From Patescibacteria group bacterium (GTDB lineage: Bacteria; Patescibacteriota; Minisyncoccia; Phycocordibacterales; JAKAEA01): DNA of 64,000 nucleotides. The notes beneath the pieces were generated by a model that made no database searches, had not been told where the DNA came from, and worked only from the letters and a program-made list of their open reading frames with translations. Every line of letters starts with the position of its first letter. The first letter of the stretch is position 1. The position numbers were made by a program, and so were the translations under genes. The stretch lies in the NCBI GenBank assembly GCA_040387855.1, contig JAZKCY010000001.1, forward strand, positions 253,857 through 317,856. Reading direction: 5' to 3'. Shown piece after piece: positions 1 through 9,188 of this stretch.

Positions 1-1
1 C

Positions 2-499
2 ATGTCGAGCTACAACAAATTGGTAACACTTAATACTCAAGTAGATACGCAGTGGTCACAAGTGGAAACTCAATATCAACGAAGATTTGATTTGATTCCA
101 AATCTTGTTGAATCAGCAAAAGCTGTGATGACTCAAGAACAAGAAGTGTTTACTGCAATTGCAGAGGCTCGCACACGATATGCAGGTGCGACAACACCAG
201 ATGCTAAAGCTGCTGCAGCAGGAGAGCTTGAACAAGGACTTGGACGATTGCTCGCTATTGTAGAGAATTATCCTCAGCTTCGATCATCAGAAACAGTACA
301 AACATTGATGGCCCAGCTTGAAGGTACAGAAAATAGAATTAGTGTTGAGCGAGGACGATACAATACATCTGTTCAAGATTACAATTTAGCGGTACGAAGA
401 TTCCCAGGATCACTTATGGCAGGATTATTTGGATTTGATGCACGAACTCCCTTTGCTGCAGATCAAGGTGCAGAATCAGCTCCAAAAGTTCAGTTTTAA
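2..499 (+). CDS. lemA: LemA family protein (probably 5'-truncated by the window edge)
   Basis: Motifs WSQVETQYQRRFDLIPNLV, ENYPQLRS, QLEGTENRISVER and YN..VRRFPG match LemA. The N-terminal TM helix is missing, so the true start is likely upstream. Confidence 0.93.
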   Translation: MSSYNKLVTLNTQVDTQWSQVETQYQRRFDLIPNLVESAKAVMTQEQEVFTAIAEARTRYAGATTPDAKAAAAGELEQGLGRLLAIVENYPQLRSSETVQTLMAQLEGTENRISVERGRYNTSVQDYNLAVRRFPGSLMAGLFGFDARTPFAADQGAESAPKVQF

Positions 500-526
500 T
501 TTCGCAAGTTCTACGTCTCTATTAGT

Positions 527-1435
527 ATGAATATAAAAAAATGCATGGTACAGATTGCTCGAAGTTTGTGTCTTATTACTTTGATTCTGTGCATGCCTTT
601 TTTTGCACATGCGTATGTTAGTCCTGGAGCTCCTACTGGACATGTAAATGATTTTGCTCAGATTCTCACAGTAGAACAACGACAAGAACTTGAAGCGCGC
701 TTAACTACCTATACGCAGCAGACTACTCATGAGATTGCTGTAGTTACAATTCCTGCTCTTACTGACGAAACAATAGAGACATATGCAGAAAAACTGTTTC
801 AAGAATGGGGAATTGGAAAAACAAAGCAAGATAATGGAGTGCTATTACTTATTTCTCGAGATGATAGAAAATTACGAATAGAAGTAGGTTATGGCTTGGA
901 ACCAGAACTAACTGATGCTGAATCAAGTAGCATCATAAGAAATATTATTACTCCAGAATTCCAAAAAGGGAATTACTATAGTGGGATTTCAAATGGAGTT
1001 ACCAAAATGACAGAAGCGATTAATGCAGATCTTTCTGCATTGCCGGAAGCAGGAGGTAATAGAAACTTTGGTTCGTTCTCATCATTTATTCCGTTTCTGT
1101 TTATTCCAATTTCTATTTTTATGTGGCTCATGAGTGTCATGGCTCGTTCACGGTCATGGTGGGCTGGGGGTATATTTGGAGGAATTGTTGGTGCAATTTT
1201 ATTAGCAATAGGATTTGCTGTCGCTGTAATACCGGTACTTGTAATACTAGGACTTTTGCTTGATTTCATAGTGTCACGTGGGTATCAAAAGAGTAGAAAC
1301 TACGATACACGGCCGCCATGGTGGACAGGAGGTGGTTGGGGCGGAGGATTTGGTGGTGGAAGTAGCGGAGGGGGCGGCTTCGGAGGATTTGGCGGTGGTC
1401 GTTCTGGAGGAGGAGGCTCTAGTGGTAGCTGGTAA
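527..1435 (+). CDS. TPM domain (YgcG-like) membrane protein with Gly-rich tail
   Basis: VNDFAQIL, WGIGKTKQDNGVLLL, RIEVGYGLE and a C-terminal GGFGGGRSGGGGSSGSW. This is the usual lemA neighbour. Confidence 0.9.
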   Translation: MNIKKCMVQIARSLCLITLILCMPFFAHAYVSPGAPTGHVNDFAQILTVEQRQELEARLTTYTQQTTHEIAVVTIPALTDETIETYAEKLFQEWGIGKTKQDNGVLLLISRDDRKLRIEVGYGLEPELTDAESSSIIRNIITPEFQKGNYYSGISNGVTKMTEAINADLSALPEAGGNRNFGSFSSFIPFLFIPISIFMWLMSVMARSRSWWAGGIFGGIVGAILLAIGFAVAVIPVLVILGLLLDFIVSRGYQKSRNYDTRPPWWTGGGWGGGFGGGSSGGGGFGGFGGGRSGGGGSSGSW

Positions 1436-1476
1436 TTTTATTTATTCTTGAGGTTTGCTATAACTAAAGGACCTCA

Positions 1477-1564
1477 GGAGACGTCGCATAGTGGTCTAGT
1501 GCGCTCGCTTGGAAAGCGAGTAAGGGTAAAACCTTCGAGAGTTCGAATCTCTCCGTCTCCGCCA
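1477..1564 (+). tRNA. tRNA-Ser(GGA)
   Basis: Acceptor stem GGAGACG/CGTCTCC-GCCA, anticodon arm CTCGC-TTGGAAA-GCGAG, long variable arm and GTTCGAATC T-loop. Confidence 0.95.
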
Positions 1565-1600
1565 AATAAAAAATTCCTCCAAGCGGTAGCAAGGGGAATT
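1564..1600 (-). terminator. Intrinsic terminator of unit 1
   Basis: Minus strand AATTCCCC-TTGCTACCGCTT-GGAGGAATT-TTTT. Confidence 0.55.
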
Positions 1601-1943
1601 ACTTCTTCTTGAGGAATTGATCCTTTAGCCGCCGAGAGAACCTTTTCTCTACGGCAAGGAGCTCATATTCCACAGTGTCGTTTGCTTCTGGGGTTTCTGA
1701 CCCGGGCTGAAGCAAGATTTGGACCTTGACCGGTCCAGACTGGGTGTGCGTGACTGTACTGCTTTTGACCTTTGCCACTCGTCCCCAGCTCAGAGTGGAC
1801 TCCAGATCTTCTTCGATCACACTGTCGAAGACCTGGGCTGAGCCGGGCGCTCCGACCTGTGCACTTCGAGGTGATGAGCTTGACGCTCCACACCCGACTG
1901 CGCTGATCATGAACACGATGGCCACGAGCATAGAACGTAGCAT
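1599..1943 (-). CDS. GC-rich ORFan with a lipoprotein-like signal peptide (mini-gene unit 1)
   Basis: GGAGGT SD at 1949-1954 (minus strand). N-terminus MLRSMLVAIVFMISAVGC ends in a lipobox-like AVGC. Hand count gives 36/60 GC at 1801-1860. A hairpin and T-tract follow the stop. Confidence 0.7.
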   Translation of the reverse strand: MLRSMLVAIVFMISAVGCGASSSSPRSAQVGAPGSAQVFDSVIEEDLESTLSWGRVAKVKSSTVTHTQSGPVKVQILLQPGSETPEANDTVEYELLAVEKRFSRRLKDQFLKKK

Positions 1944-2051
1944 CGGAGACCTCCGAGGTATATGTGAGCGCTGCTTTTATAATAAAAGCATAACTGGCAA
2001 AACTCTGCAATGAAATTTTGTGTTCTAGTATTCGTCGTATAAACTATAGAT

Positions 2052-2690
2052 ATGAAAATAACCAAATATGGCCACTGCTGTTTATTACTTGAAATAGAAG
2101 GAACACGAATACTTACTGATCCAGGCATATTTTCAACAACACAAAATGAAATTAAAGATATAGATGTGGTTGTTATTACTCATGATCATCAAGATCACTA
2201 CCATGTGGATTCTGTAAAAAAGATCATTGCCAATAATCCGGAAGTAAAAATTATTACAACAAGTTTTATGGCAGGGCTACTTGATAAAGAAAATATCAAG
2301 AATTATGAAATAGTAGATGAAGGGCAGAGCACAATCCAAAAAAATATTAAAATAGAAGCATATGGAACAAAGCATGCACAAATGCATTCTTCAATTCCTC
2401 AAACTTCAAATACAGGCTACTTTTTTGCAGATACGTTGTTTTATCCAGGAGATGCGTTTACAGATCCGAAGCGGCATATAGATATACTTGCACTTCCAGT
2501 AGCGGGACCATGGATGAAAATATCTGAAGCTATTGATTATGCTTTAGCACTTAAGCCTACAAAAGCTTTTGCTGTACATGATGCCGTAATGACTCGACCA
2601 GAACTAGCATCAAATTGGCCCAACAGAGTATTACCTCCAAATGGAATTGAATTCTTGGTACTTGAAATTGGCAAAGAATATGATTTCTAA
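2052..2690 (+). CDS. MBL-fold metallo-hydrolase (UlaG-like)
   Basis: YGHCC, DPG, THDHQDH, YPGD and AVHD motifs. Confidence 0.9.
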   Translation: MKITKYGHCCLLLEIEGTRILTDPGIFSTTQNEIKDIDVVVITHDHQDHYHVDSVKKIIANNPEVKIITTSFMAGLLDKENIKNYEIVDEGQSTIQKNIKIEAYGTKHAQMHSSIPQTSNTGYFFADTLFYPGDAFTDPKRHIDILALPVAGPWMKISEAIDYALALKPTKAFAVHDAVMTRPELASNWPNRVLPPNGIEFLVLEIGKEYDF

Positions 2691-2958
2691 CAAAAAAGAA
2701 ATTCTCAAAGAACTCAAGACTATCCCTGGAGTTGGAAAAAGTATTGCTGAAGATTTATATGATCTTGGATATGTTTCTGTTGCTGATCTTAAAGATAGAG
2801 AGCCCATCATTATGTATGAACGGCTTTGTATAAAAGCAGGGAAGCATTTGGATAGATGTCTTTTGTATACATTTAAATGCGCTGTATATTATGCCTCTCA
2901 CAAAAAACATGATCCTGAAAAATTGAAGTGGTGGTATTGGAAAGATAAAGTGAAATAA
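2680..2958 (+). CDS. Helix-hairpin-helix protein (Cdd1 / pathogenicity-locus family)
   Basis: LKTIPGVGKSIAEDL, DRCLLYTFKCAVYYA and KWWYWKD. The ATG at 2680 overlaps the upstream gene end. Confidence 0.8.
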   Translation: MISNKKEILKELKTIPGVGKSIAEDLYDLGYVSVADLKDREPIIMYERLCIKAGKHLDRCLLYTFKCAVYYASHKKHDPEKLKWWYWKDKVK

Positions 2959-2982
2959 AAAACACCATTTGCGCAATGGTGT
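2957..2982 (-). terminator. Intrinsic terminator of unit 2
   Basis: Minus strand ACACCATT-GCGCA-AATGGTGT-TTTTT. Confidence 0.7.
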
Positions 2983-3021
2983 GTGCAGTGTTCCTGCTCT
3001 AGAGAATCGCAGAGCCAAGCG

Positions 3022-3153
3022 TTAGGGCAGCTGGCATGCCCCGTGGAACTTGAGATATTCCTCTCGCTCAGCGGGGCTCATGTCTTCTGCTTTTCCTGGC
3101 TTGGGCTCGTCGTCTTCCTTCGGGAGTTTGACTTGGTCATCGCTCTTCGCCAT
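3022..3153 (-). CDS. 43-aa charged GC-rich micro-ORF (mini-gene unit 2, not in ORF track)
   Basis: Translated by hand as MAKSDDQVKLPKEDDEPKPGKAEDMSPAEREEYLKFHGACQLP*. GGAGGA SD at 3158-3163, with its own promoter and terminator. Confidence 0.7.
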   Translation of the reverse strand: MAKSDDQVKLPKEDDEPKPGKAEDMSPAEREEYLKFHGACQLP

Positions 3154-3214
3154 GAAATCCTCCGTGCGCTAGAACTTTGAGACATGCCCATGTTTTCGAA
3201 CTGGGCTATTAATA

Positions 3215-3242
3215 ACTCTACAACTATAAAATATCATGTCAA
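3215..3242 (-). promoter_or_regulatory. Sigma70-type promoter of unit 2
   Basis: TTGACA-16 nt-TAGAGT on the minus strand. Confidence 0.6.
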
Positions 3243-3281
3243 GTGGTATGAAATTTCTTACTTCATCGTCTTTTAATAGTA

Positions 3282-3944
3282 ATGACACCACAAGAAGCAA
3301 TTAAAATTCAACAAGAGTTGCGACACAAAGTTGTGATTCAAAAATTTGATAGAGAAGTTACCTATATTGGTGGAGCAGATGTATCCCTCAATATGTTTTC
3401 AAAAACTATATATGCTGGAATAATTGTTTTAAAATTTCCTGAGCTCACACCGGTTACTCATGCAGTAGTACAAAGCGAAACAACATTTCCGTATATTCCT
3501 GGCTTGCTTTCATTTAGAGAAGCACCGGCACTTATTGAATGCTGGAATAAACTCACTATAAAACCAGATGTACTTATGGTGGATGGGCAAGGTATCGCTC
3601 ATCCGCGAAGAATTGGGATTGCATCTCATATTGGAGTGCTCTTAGATATTCCAACAATCGGTTGTGCTAAGTCGCCGTTGTATGGAGATTTTGAAGAAGT
3701 CAGTAAAGTAGTAGGAAGTATGTCATATATACATGACAGATACAGTAAACATGAGATACTAGGTGTAGCTTATAGAAGTAAAGAACGATCAAAACCGCTC
3801 ATTATTTCTCCGGGGCATAGAATGGATGTTGAAAATGTATTTAGTATTACAAAAGAATGTGTGAAGAAATACCGATTGCCAGAACCCACACGTTTAGCTC
3901 ATGATCTTGTAAACAAATTTAGAACGGGAGAAATAACAGAATAA
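3282..3944 (+). CDS. nfi: Endonuclease V
   Basis: GGADVS, FPYIPGLLSFRE, DGQGIAHPRR, IGCAKS and RLPEPTRLAH. Confidence 0.96.
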   Translation: MTPQEAIKIQQELRHKVVIQKFDREVTYIGGADVSLNMFSKTIYAGIIVLKFPELTPVTHAVVQSETTFPYIPGLLSFREAPALIECWNKLTIKPDVLMVDGQGIAHPRRIGIASHIGVLLDIPTIGCAKSPLYGDFEEVSKVVGSMSYIHDRYSKHEILGVAYRSKERSKPLIISPGHRMDVENVFSITKECVKKYRLPEPTRLAHDLVNKFRTGEITE

Positions 3945-3948
3945 TTAT

Positions 3949-4461
3949 ATGAGTAAAAAAAGAACTATTATTTTCATAACTATAATGGCGGTGGGAATTG
4001 CGCTCTGTGCAGGTTTATTCTTTTTGACTTCATACAATAATAGTAAAAAACTACAACTTGAAACTTTGACTGCAAATATAAATTTGCCGGACGCCTCATT
4101 TGTAGGTACAGCTCTTCAAGTAAATGATATTAGAATTCCTATTGAAATTGCTGATTCAGATCCTGAGCGAATAAAAGGATTGTCTGGACGTGAATCTTTG
4201 CCTGAAGATACTGGATTATTATTTGTTTTTGAACATCCTGAAAGACACGGATTTTGGATGAAAGACATGAAGTTTTCTATTGATATGTTGTGGCTTGATG
4301 AAAATCTTCAAGTTATAACAATTGCTGATTCTGTAAGTCCAGAAACATTTCCTCAGTCATTTAGTCCATCTGCTCCTGCAAAATATGTGCTTGAGCTTAA
4401 CGCCGGTTTTTCTAAAGAGCACAATATAATTGTAGGTAGTCAATTTAGTGTTATCAAATAG
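3949..4461 (+). CDS. DUF192 family membrane-anchored protein
   Basis: EIADSDPERIKGLSGR, FWMKDMKFSIDMLW and YVLELNAG. Confidence 0.9.
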   Translation: MSKKRTIIFITIMAVGIALCAGLFFLTSYNNSKKLQLETLTANINLPDASFVGTALQVNDIRIPIEIADSDPERIKGLSGRESLPEDTGLLFVFEHPERHGFWMKDMKFSIDMLWLDENLQVITIADSVSPETFPQSFSPSAPAKYVLELNAGFSKEHNIIVGSQFSVIK

Positions 4462-4520
4462 ACGTGTATAATAGAGAGATCTAAGTGAGGTAATTACAAA
4501 TTTTTATAGTAAATTTAGGT

Positions 4521-5552
4521 ATGAATAAAATCAGAGTTGCAATCAATGGCGCCGGACGAATTGGCCGAGCATTTTACAAAGTAGCCTCAAAGCGAGAGGA
4601 GATGGAAATCGTAGCTCTCAACGATTTGGCTGATATCAATAATATTGCCTATCTTCTTAAATATGACTCAGCATACGGTATTAGTGATTTTGAAGTTTCA
4701 GTAAAAGATCCAAACACTCTTGTGATTAACGGAAAGGAAGTGAAGTACTTAAATGTGAAGGATCCTGCTACAGCTCCATGGAAAGATTTAAATATAGATG
4801 TTGTGGTGGAATCAACAGGACTTTTCACAAGTTATGAAAAAGCTCAGGGACATATTACTGCAGGTGCAAAGAAAGTTGTTATCTCAGCACCAGTAAAAGA
4901 TGCGCCAACAGGGGATATCAAGGGAGGAACACACTTGATGGGTATCAATGCAGATAGTATTTCTTCAGTTGATATTTCATCAAATGCATCATGTACAACA
5001 AATGCAGGATCACCACTTATTGCTATTCTTCACGAATCAATTGGTATAGAGAAAGCAATGCTAAATACCATCCACGCTTACACAGCATCTCAGGCAATCG
5101 TGGACGGAATTAGTAAAAAAGATTACCGAGAAGGCCGAGCAGCAGCACAAAACATTGTGCCATCTTCAACAGGAGCCGCAGTTGCCGTAACTCAAGTTAT
5201 TCCAGATCTTAAAGGAAAGTTTGATGGTATCTCAGTACGAGTACCTGTAGTTGTAGGATCTATTGTAGACATTACATTTATTGCAAAGAAAAATACAACT
5301 GCAGAAGAAGTAAATAAGATTCTTGAAGATGCTTCAAAGACCGACCGATGGAAGCGAACTTTTTCAGTTACAAAAGAACAGCTTGTGTCATCTGATATTG
5401 TAGGAAGTCACTATGCATCTATTGCAGATCTTGCGTTCACACGAGTTGTTGATGGAAACCTTGTGAAAGTAATGGCATGGTACGACAACGAAATGGGATA
5501 CACATATACCCTTGTAGACCACGTAGCAATGATTGGTGGAGCAATGAAATAA
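4521..5552 (+). CDS. gap: Glyceraldehyde-3-phosphate dehydrogenase, type I
   Basis: INGAGRIGR, SNASCTTN, PSSTGAA and WYDNEMGY. Confidence 0.97.
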   Translation: MNKIRVAINGAGRIGRAFYKVASKREEMEIVALNDLADINNIAYLLKYDSAYGISDFEVSVKDPNTLVINGKEVKYLNVKDPATAPWKDLNIDVVVESTGLFTSYEKAQGHITAGAKKVVISAPVKDAPTGDIKGGTHLMGINADSISSVDISSNASCTTNAGSPLIAILHESIGIEKAMLNTIHAYTASQAIVDGISKKDYREGRAAAQNIVPSSTGAAVAVTQVIPDLKGKFDGISVRVPVVVGSIVDITFIAKKNTTAEEVNKILEDASKTDRWKRTFSVTKEQLVSSDIVGSHYASIADLAFTRVVDGNLVKVMAWYDNEMGYTYTLVDHVAMIGGAMK

Positions 5553-5571
5553 TCCTGCTAAACTAGTAAAT

Positions 5572-5602
5572 TCAAAGAGCACCCGAAAGGGTGTTTTTTG
5601 TT
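5572..5602 (+). terminator. Intrinsic terminator after gap
   Basis: GAGCACCC-GAAA-GGGTGTTT followed by a T-tract. Confidence 0.75.
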
Positions 5603-5630
5603 GAGGGTTTTTTAGTAAGCTCGAGCCTGC

Positions 5631-6002
5631 ATGCGCGTCATAGGATATATGACACTCCACTACAACAAGCTCGTCCGCGATAATGTTCCAAATCTTGCTC
5701 GACAGCAAGGTGAGAAAGTATCTGTGCACTATGCCTCAGATGAAGAATTTTGGCTTAAACTAAAGCAAAAGCTTCAAGAAGAAATCAATGAGTTTGCAAA
5801 GCTTGAGACCATGGATTCTCTTGCAGATGTGCTTGAAGTAATTGATGCTATTTGTGAGTTTAAGAAATTTGATGTAAGAGAGCTCAATGCAGTTCGCGAA
5901 AATAAAGCTATAGAACATGGAACATTTACAAAACGGGTAATCCTTGATGAAACTGAACCGGATCCAACAATACCCTTACCAGATCCACATGATGATATAT
6001 AA
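5631..6002 (+). CDS. MazG-like NTP pyrophosphohydrolase (PRA-PH-like)
   Basis: YNKLVRDNVP, KLQEEINEF, LADVLEVI and K...G.F. The start may be the ATG at 5649. Confidence 0.8.
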   Translation: MRVIGYMTLHYNKLVRDNVPNLARQQGEKVSVHYASDEEFWLKLKQKLQEEINEFAKLETMDSLADVLEVIDAICEFKKFDVRELNAVRENKAIEHGTFTKRVILDETEPDPTIPLPDPHDDI

Positions 6003-6016
6003 TAGAGGGTACTACC

Positions 6017-6475
6017 ATGAAAATATATATTGCATCAGATCACGCTGGTTTCGAACTTAAAACTCATATTGTTCAGTATTTAGAAGAAAACGGTATTGAA
6101 GTTGTTGATAAAGGACCATACTCGTTTAACCCTGATGACGATTACCCAGATTGGATTTCACTTGCTGCAGAAGCTGTTTCAAAAGACTCTCAACATGCAA
6201 AAGCTATTGTTATTGGTCTCTCAGGACAGGGTGAAGCTCTAGTCGCAAATAAATTTAAAGGAGTACGATCTGGTGTCTACTACGGTGGTCATGAAGAAAT
6301 AGTAAAACTATTGCGTGAGCATAATAATGCTAATGTCCTTTCATTAGGAGCTAAATTCATTAGTAAGCATGAAGCAGAACGAGCAGTTGATATCTTTATT
6401 GAAAATCAGTTTACTGGTGAAGAACGACATGTGCGGCGATTACAAAAACTAGAAGTTATAGATTCTAAAAGATAG
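6017..6475 (+). CDS. rpiB: Ribose-5-phosphate isomerase B
   Basis: ASDHAGFELK, DDYPD, REHNNANVLSLG and RHVRR. Confidence 0.95.
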   Translation: MKIYIASDHAGFELKTHIVQYLEENGIEVVDKGPYSFNPDDDYPDWISLAAEAVSKDSQHAKAIVIGLSGQGEALVANKFKGVRSGVYYGGHEEIVKLLREHNNANVLSLGAKFISKHEAERAVDIFIENQFTGEERHVRRLQKLEVIDSKR

Positions 6476-6485
6476 ATAAAAAATT

Positions 6486-7190
6486 ATGATAGACGTCATT
6501 CCGGCAATAATGCCACATCATGTACGAGATATGTTTGAACGACTTGGTTTTGTTGTGCAACACGTTGATATGATTCAGCTTGATATTATGGATGGCAAAT
6601 TCGTTAAGTCTCGAAGCTGGCCATATTACGCAAGTGATCGTGGATCATTTGAAAAACTCCTCACTGAATCTGATGGATTGCCTTATTGGGAAAAAGTTAA
6701 TTATGAAATCGATTTGATGGTGAAAGATCCAGAAACAGTTATCGATGATTGGATTGTTGCTGGAGCTTCACGAATCATTGTTCATATAGAGAGCACAGAA
6801 AAACTTGATGACATTATAAATCTTTTTCGAGAACGATTTGCCTATGCTCCTGATTCACGAGAGAGAGATGTTGAATTAGTTCTTTCATTGGGTCTTGATA
6901 CTCCTATTGATACTATCTTGCCGTATCTTGAAGATATTGATGGTATACAATTTATGGGTATCGCAACTATTGGTTTACAAGGTGAACCACTTGATGAACG
7001 AGTGATAGATAGGATAAGAGATTTCCATAATGCTCATCCAGAAGTTATAATATCTATTGATGGTGGAGTAACAGAAGAAAATGCGCACCAACTTGCTAGT
7101 GCAGGTGCACATCGACTTGTTTCAGGATCAAAAATTTTTGAAAGTAGTAATCCTGCTGGAGTCATTCACACGTTGCGACACTCTCTCTAA
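6486..7190 (+). CDS. rpe: Ribulose-phosphate 3-epimerase
   Basis: DIMDGKFV, DLMV, HIES, IDGGV and LVSGS, located next to rpiB and tkt. Confidence 0.88.
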   Translation: MIDVIPAIMPHHVRDMFERLGFVVQHVDMIQLDIMDGKFVKSRSWPYYASDRGSFEKLLTESDGLPYWEKVNYEIDLMVKDPETVIDDWIVAGASRIIVHIESTEKLDDIINLFRERFAYAPDSRERDVELVLSLGLDTPIDTILPYLEDIDGIQFMGIATIGLQGEPLDERVIDRIRDFHNAHPEVIISIDGGVTEENAHQLASAGAHRLVSGSKIFESSNPAGVIHTLRHSL

Positions 7191-7196
7191 AGATTC

Positions 7197-8063
7197 ATGG
7201 ATACAAAACAATTCACTACAAGCGACCTTGAGGCAATTGCAAATGAAATTCGTCAGTCAATTATAGAAATGCTCCTTGCGGCTGGATCAGGACATACTGC
7301 AGGACCTCTTGGAATGGCAGATATTTTCACTGCACTTTATTTTAAAGTACTAAATCACAAGCCGTTAGTTCCTACATGGCCAGAACGAGATCGTTTGATT
7401 CTTTCAAATGGTCATATTTGTCCTGTATTGTATGCCACAATGGCACATGCTGGATATTTCCCAAAGTCTGAATTAAATACTCTCAGAAAATTTGGCTCAC
7501 GATTGCAAGGTCATCCTCATCGAGAATGGCTTGCTGCGCTTGAAACAAGTTCTGGTCCATTGGGAGCAGGCCTTTCTCAAGCTGTGGGTATGGCAATTGC
7601 CGATCGAATTGATTTTGGCCGTTCTGCTCGAAAATTCTTCTATTGTTTATTAGGAGATGGGGAATTAAACGAAGGACAAAACTGGGAGGCTATTATGCTT
7701 GCTGGAAAAGAAAAACTTCATAATCTCATTGCTATTGTAGATCGAAATAATATCCAAATAGATGGTTACACTGAAGATATTATGCCCCTTGATTCACTTC
7801 GTAAAAAGTGGGAAGCGTTTAACTGGCATGTGTTGGAAATAGATGGGCATAATTTTGATGAAATTATTGGCGCGCTCAATCAGGCTCAGGCTATTTTTGA
7901 AAAGCCTTCAGTTATTATCGCGCACACAATTCCAGGAAAGGGTGTCAAAGAATTTGAACGTGATTACCATTGGCATGGTACACCTCCAAATAAGGAACAG
8001 GCAGATATGGCGTTGAAAGAATTGCGAACATTAGGAGGGCAAATTAAGAGTGAACATGAGTAA
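7197..8063 (+). CDS. Transketolase N-terminal subunit
   Basis: SGHTAG, RDRLILSNGH, RLQGHP, GDGELNEGQNWEA and WHG. Confidence 0.95.
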   Translation: MDTKQFTTSDLEAIANEIRQSIIEMLLAAGSGHTAGPLGMADIFTALYFKVLNHKPLVPTWPERDRLILSNGHICPVLYATMAHAGYFPKSELNTLRKFGSRLQGHPHREWLAALETSSGPLGAGLSQAVGMAIADRIDFGRSARKFFYCLLGDGELNEGQNWEAIMLAGKEKLHNLIAIVDRNNIQIDGYTEDIMPLDSLRKKWEAFNWHVLEIDGHNFDEIIGALNQAQAIFEKPSVIIAHTIPGKGVKEFERDYHWHGTPPNKEQADMALKELRTLGGQIKSEHE

Positions 8064-8184
8064 AAAATATTTAATTATTGGAGTATTAATCATAATTAGT
8101 CTTATTTGGTTCTGGTCTGATTGGATTGGATTAATTATAATAGTTTTGATCTCTTCTCTTACTGGAAATCCTATAAAATTTTAA
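8056..8184 (+). CDS. 42-aa hydrophobic micro-protein between the transketolase halves (not in ORF track)
   Basis: Translated by hand as MSKKYLIIGVLIIISLIWFWSDWIGLIIIVLISSLTGNPIKF*. It overlaps the tktN stop and ends 5 nt before the tktC ATG. Confidence 0.6.
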   Translation: MSKKYLIIGVLIIISLIWFWSDWIGLIIIVLISSLTGNPIKF

Positions 8185-8189
8185 GTGTT

Positions 8190-9185
8190 ATGCTCAATCC
8201 TCAAGCAAAATTAAATCCAAAAGTATTTGATGGTGATGTAGAACAAGTTCCAATCCGAAAAGGATTTGGTGAAGGGTTATTGAAAGCGGGGGAATTGGAT
8301 CCTCAGGTAGTGGGATTGTGTGCGGATCTTACTGAATCGACTCAGATGCATCTCTTTAAAGAAAAGTTTCCTGCACGATTTGTAGAAATTGGAGTAGCAG
8401 AACAAAACCTAGCCTCTGTGGCCTCAGGAATGGCTGCAATGGGCAAGATTCCTTTTATCACCTCATATGCCATGTTTTCTCCAGGACGTAACTGGGAGCA
8501 AATTAGAACGACTATTGCTTACAATAATGTGCCCGTAAAAATTGCTGGATCACATGCTGGGATTTCTGTGGGACCTGATGGAGGAACACATCAAGCAGTT
8601 GAAGACTTGGCATTAATGCGAGTGATTCCAAGAATGATTGTTCTTTCTCCCTGTGATTTTATTGAAGCTCGAAAGGCAACACTTGCAGCTGCAAAAATTA
8701 AAGATCCTGTATATATTCGATTGGCTCGAGATAAGACTCCGGTTATCACTACTGAAGAAACAGTTTTTGAAATAGGTAAAGCACAAACCGTGTGGCAGCC
8801 AGCTGCAGGAAAAGCTGATGTGGGAATTATTGCTACAGGTGCCTTGGTACATAAAGCATTACTTGCAGCAAAGGAATTGGAGAAAGAAAAAATTGGTGTC
8901 ACCGTAATTAATCTTGCAACTATCAAGCCTCTTGATGAGAAAGCTATAATAAAATTAGCGCAAGACACATGTGCAATTGTAACTGTTGAAGAACATCAAA
9001 TTGCTGGAGGAATGGGATCAGCAGTATCAGAATGTTTAGCAAAAAATAAACCGGTACCACAAGAATTTGTTGGTGTGAAAGATGAATTTGGTCAGTCAGG
9101 AACTCCCGCAGAACTTATCGAACATTATGGAATGGGGCAAAAAGATATTATTGCTGCTGTTAAAAAAGTAATGAAGCGTAAATAA
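8190..9185 (+). CDS. Transketolase C-terminal subunit
   Basis: GVAEQNL, GPDGGTHQ, YIRLAR, TVEEHQ and FGQSG. Start reset to the ATG at 8190. Confidence 0.95.
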   Translation: MLNPQAKLNPKVFDGDVEQVPIRKGFGEGLLKAGELDPQVVGLCADLTESTQMHLFKEKFPARFVEIGVAEQNLASVASGMAAMGKIPFITSYAMFSPGRNWEQIRTTIAYNNVPVKIAGSHAGISVGPDGGTHQAVEDLALMRVIPRMIVLSPCDFIEARKATLAAAKIKDPVYIRLARDKTPVITTEETVFEIGKAQTVWQPAAGKADVGIIATGALVHKALLAAKELEKEKIGVTVINLATIKPLDEKAIIKLAQDTCAIVTVEEHQIAGGMGSAVSECLAKNKPVPQEFVGVKDEFGQSGTPAELIEHYGMGQKDIIAAVKKVMKRK

Positions 9186-9188
9186 TTC

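Noticed and set aside
3139-3153. Unit 2 begins MAKSD, like GyrB in this window
   Set aside because: Only five residues match and the codons differ, so it is likely coincidence.
2983-3180. 65-aa plus-strand ORF in the track
   Set aside because: It is the antisense shadow of 3022-3153(-), which has a promoter, SD and terminator.
1477-3250. Prophage or genomic island at tRNA-Ser
   Set aside because: No integrase, no phage genes and no duplicated tRNA 3' end were seen.
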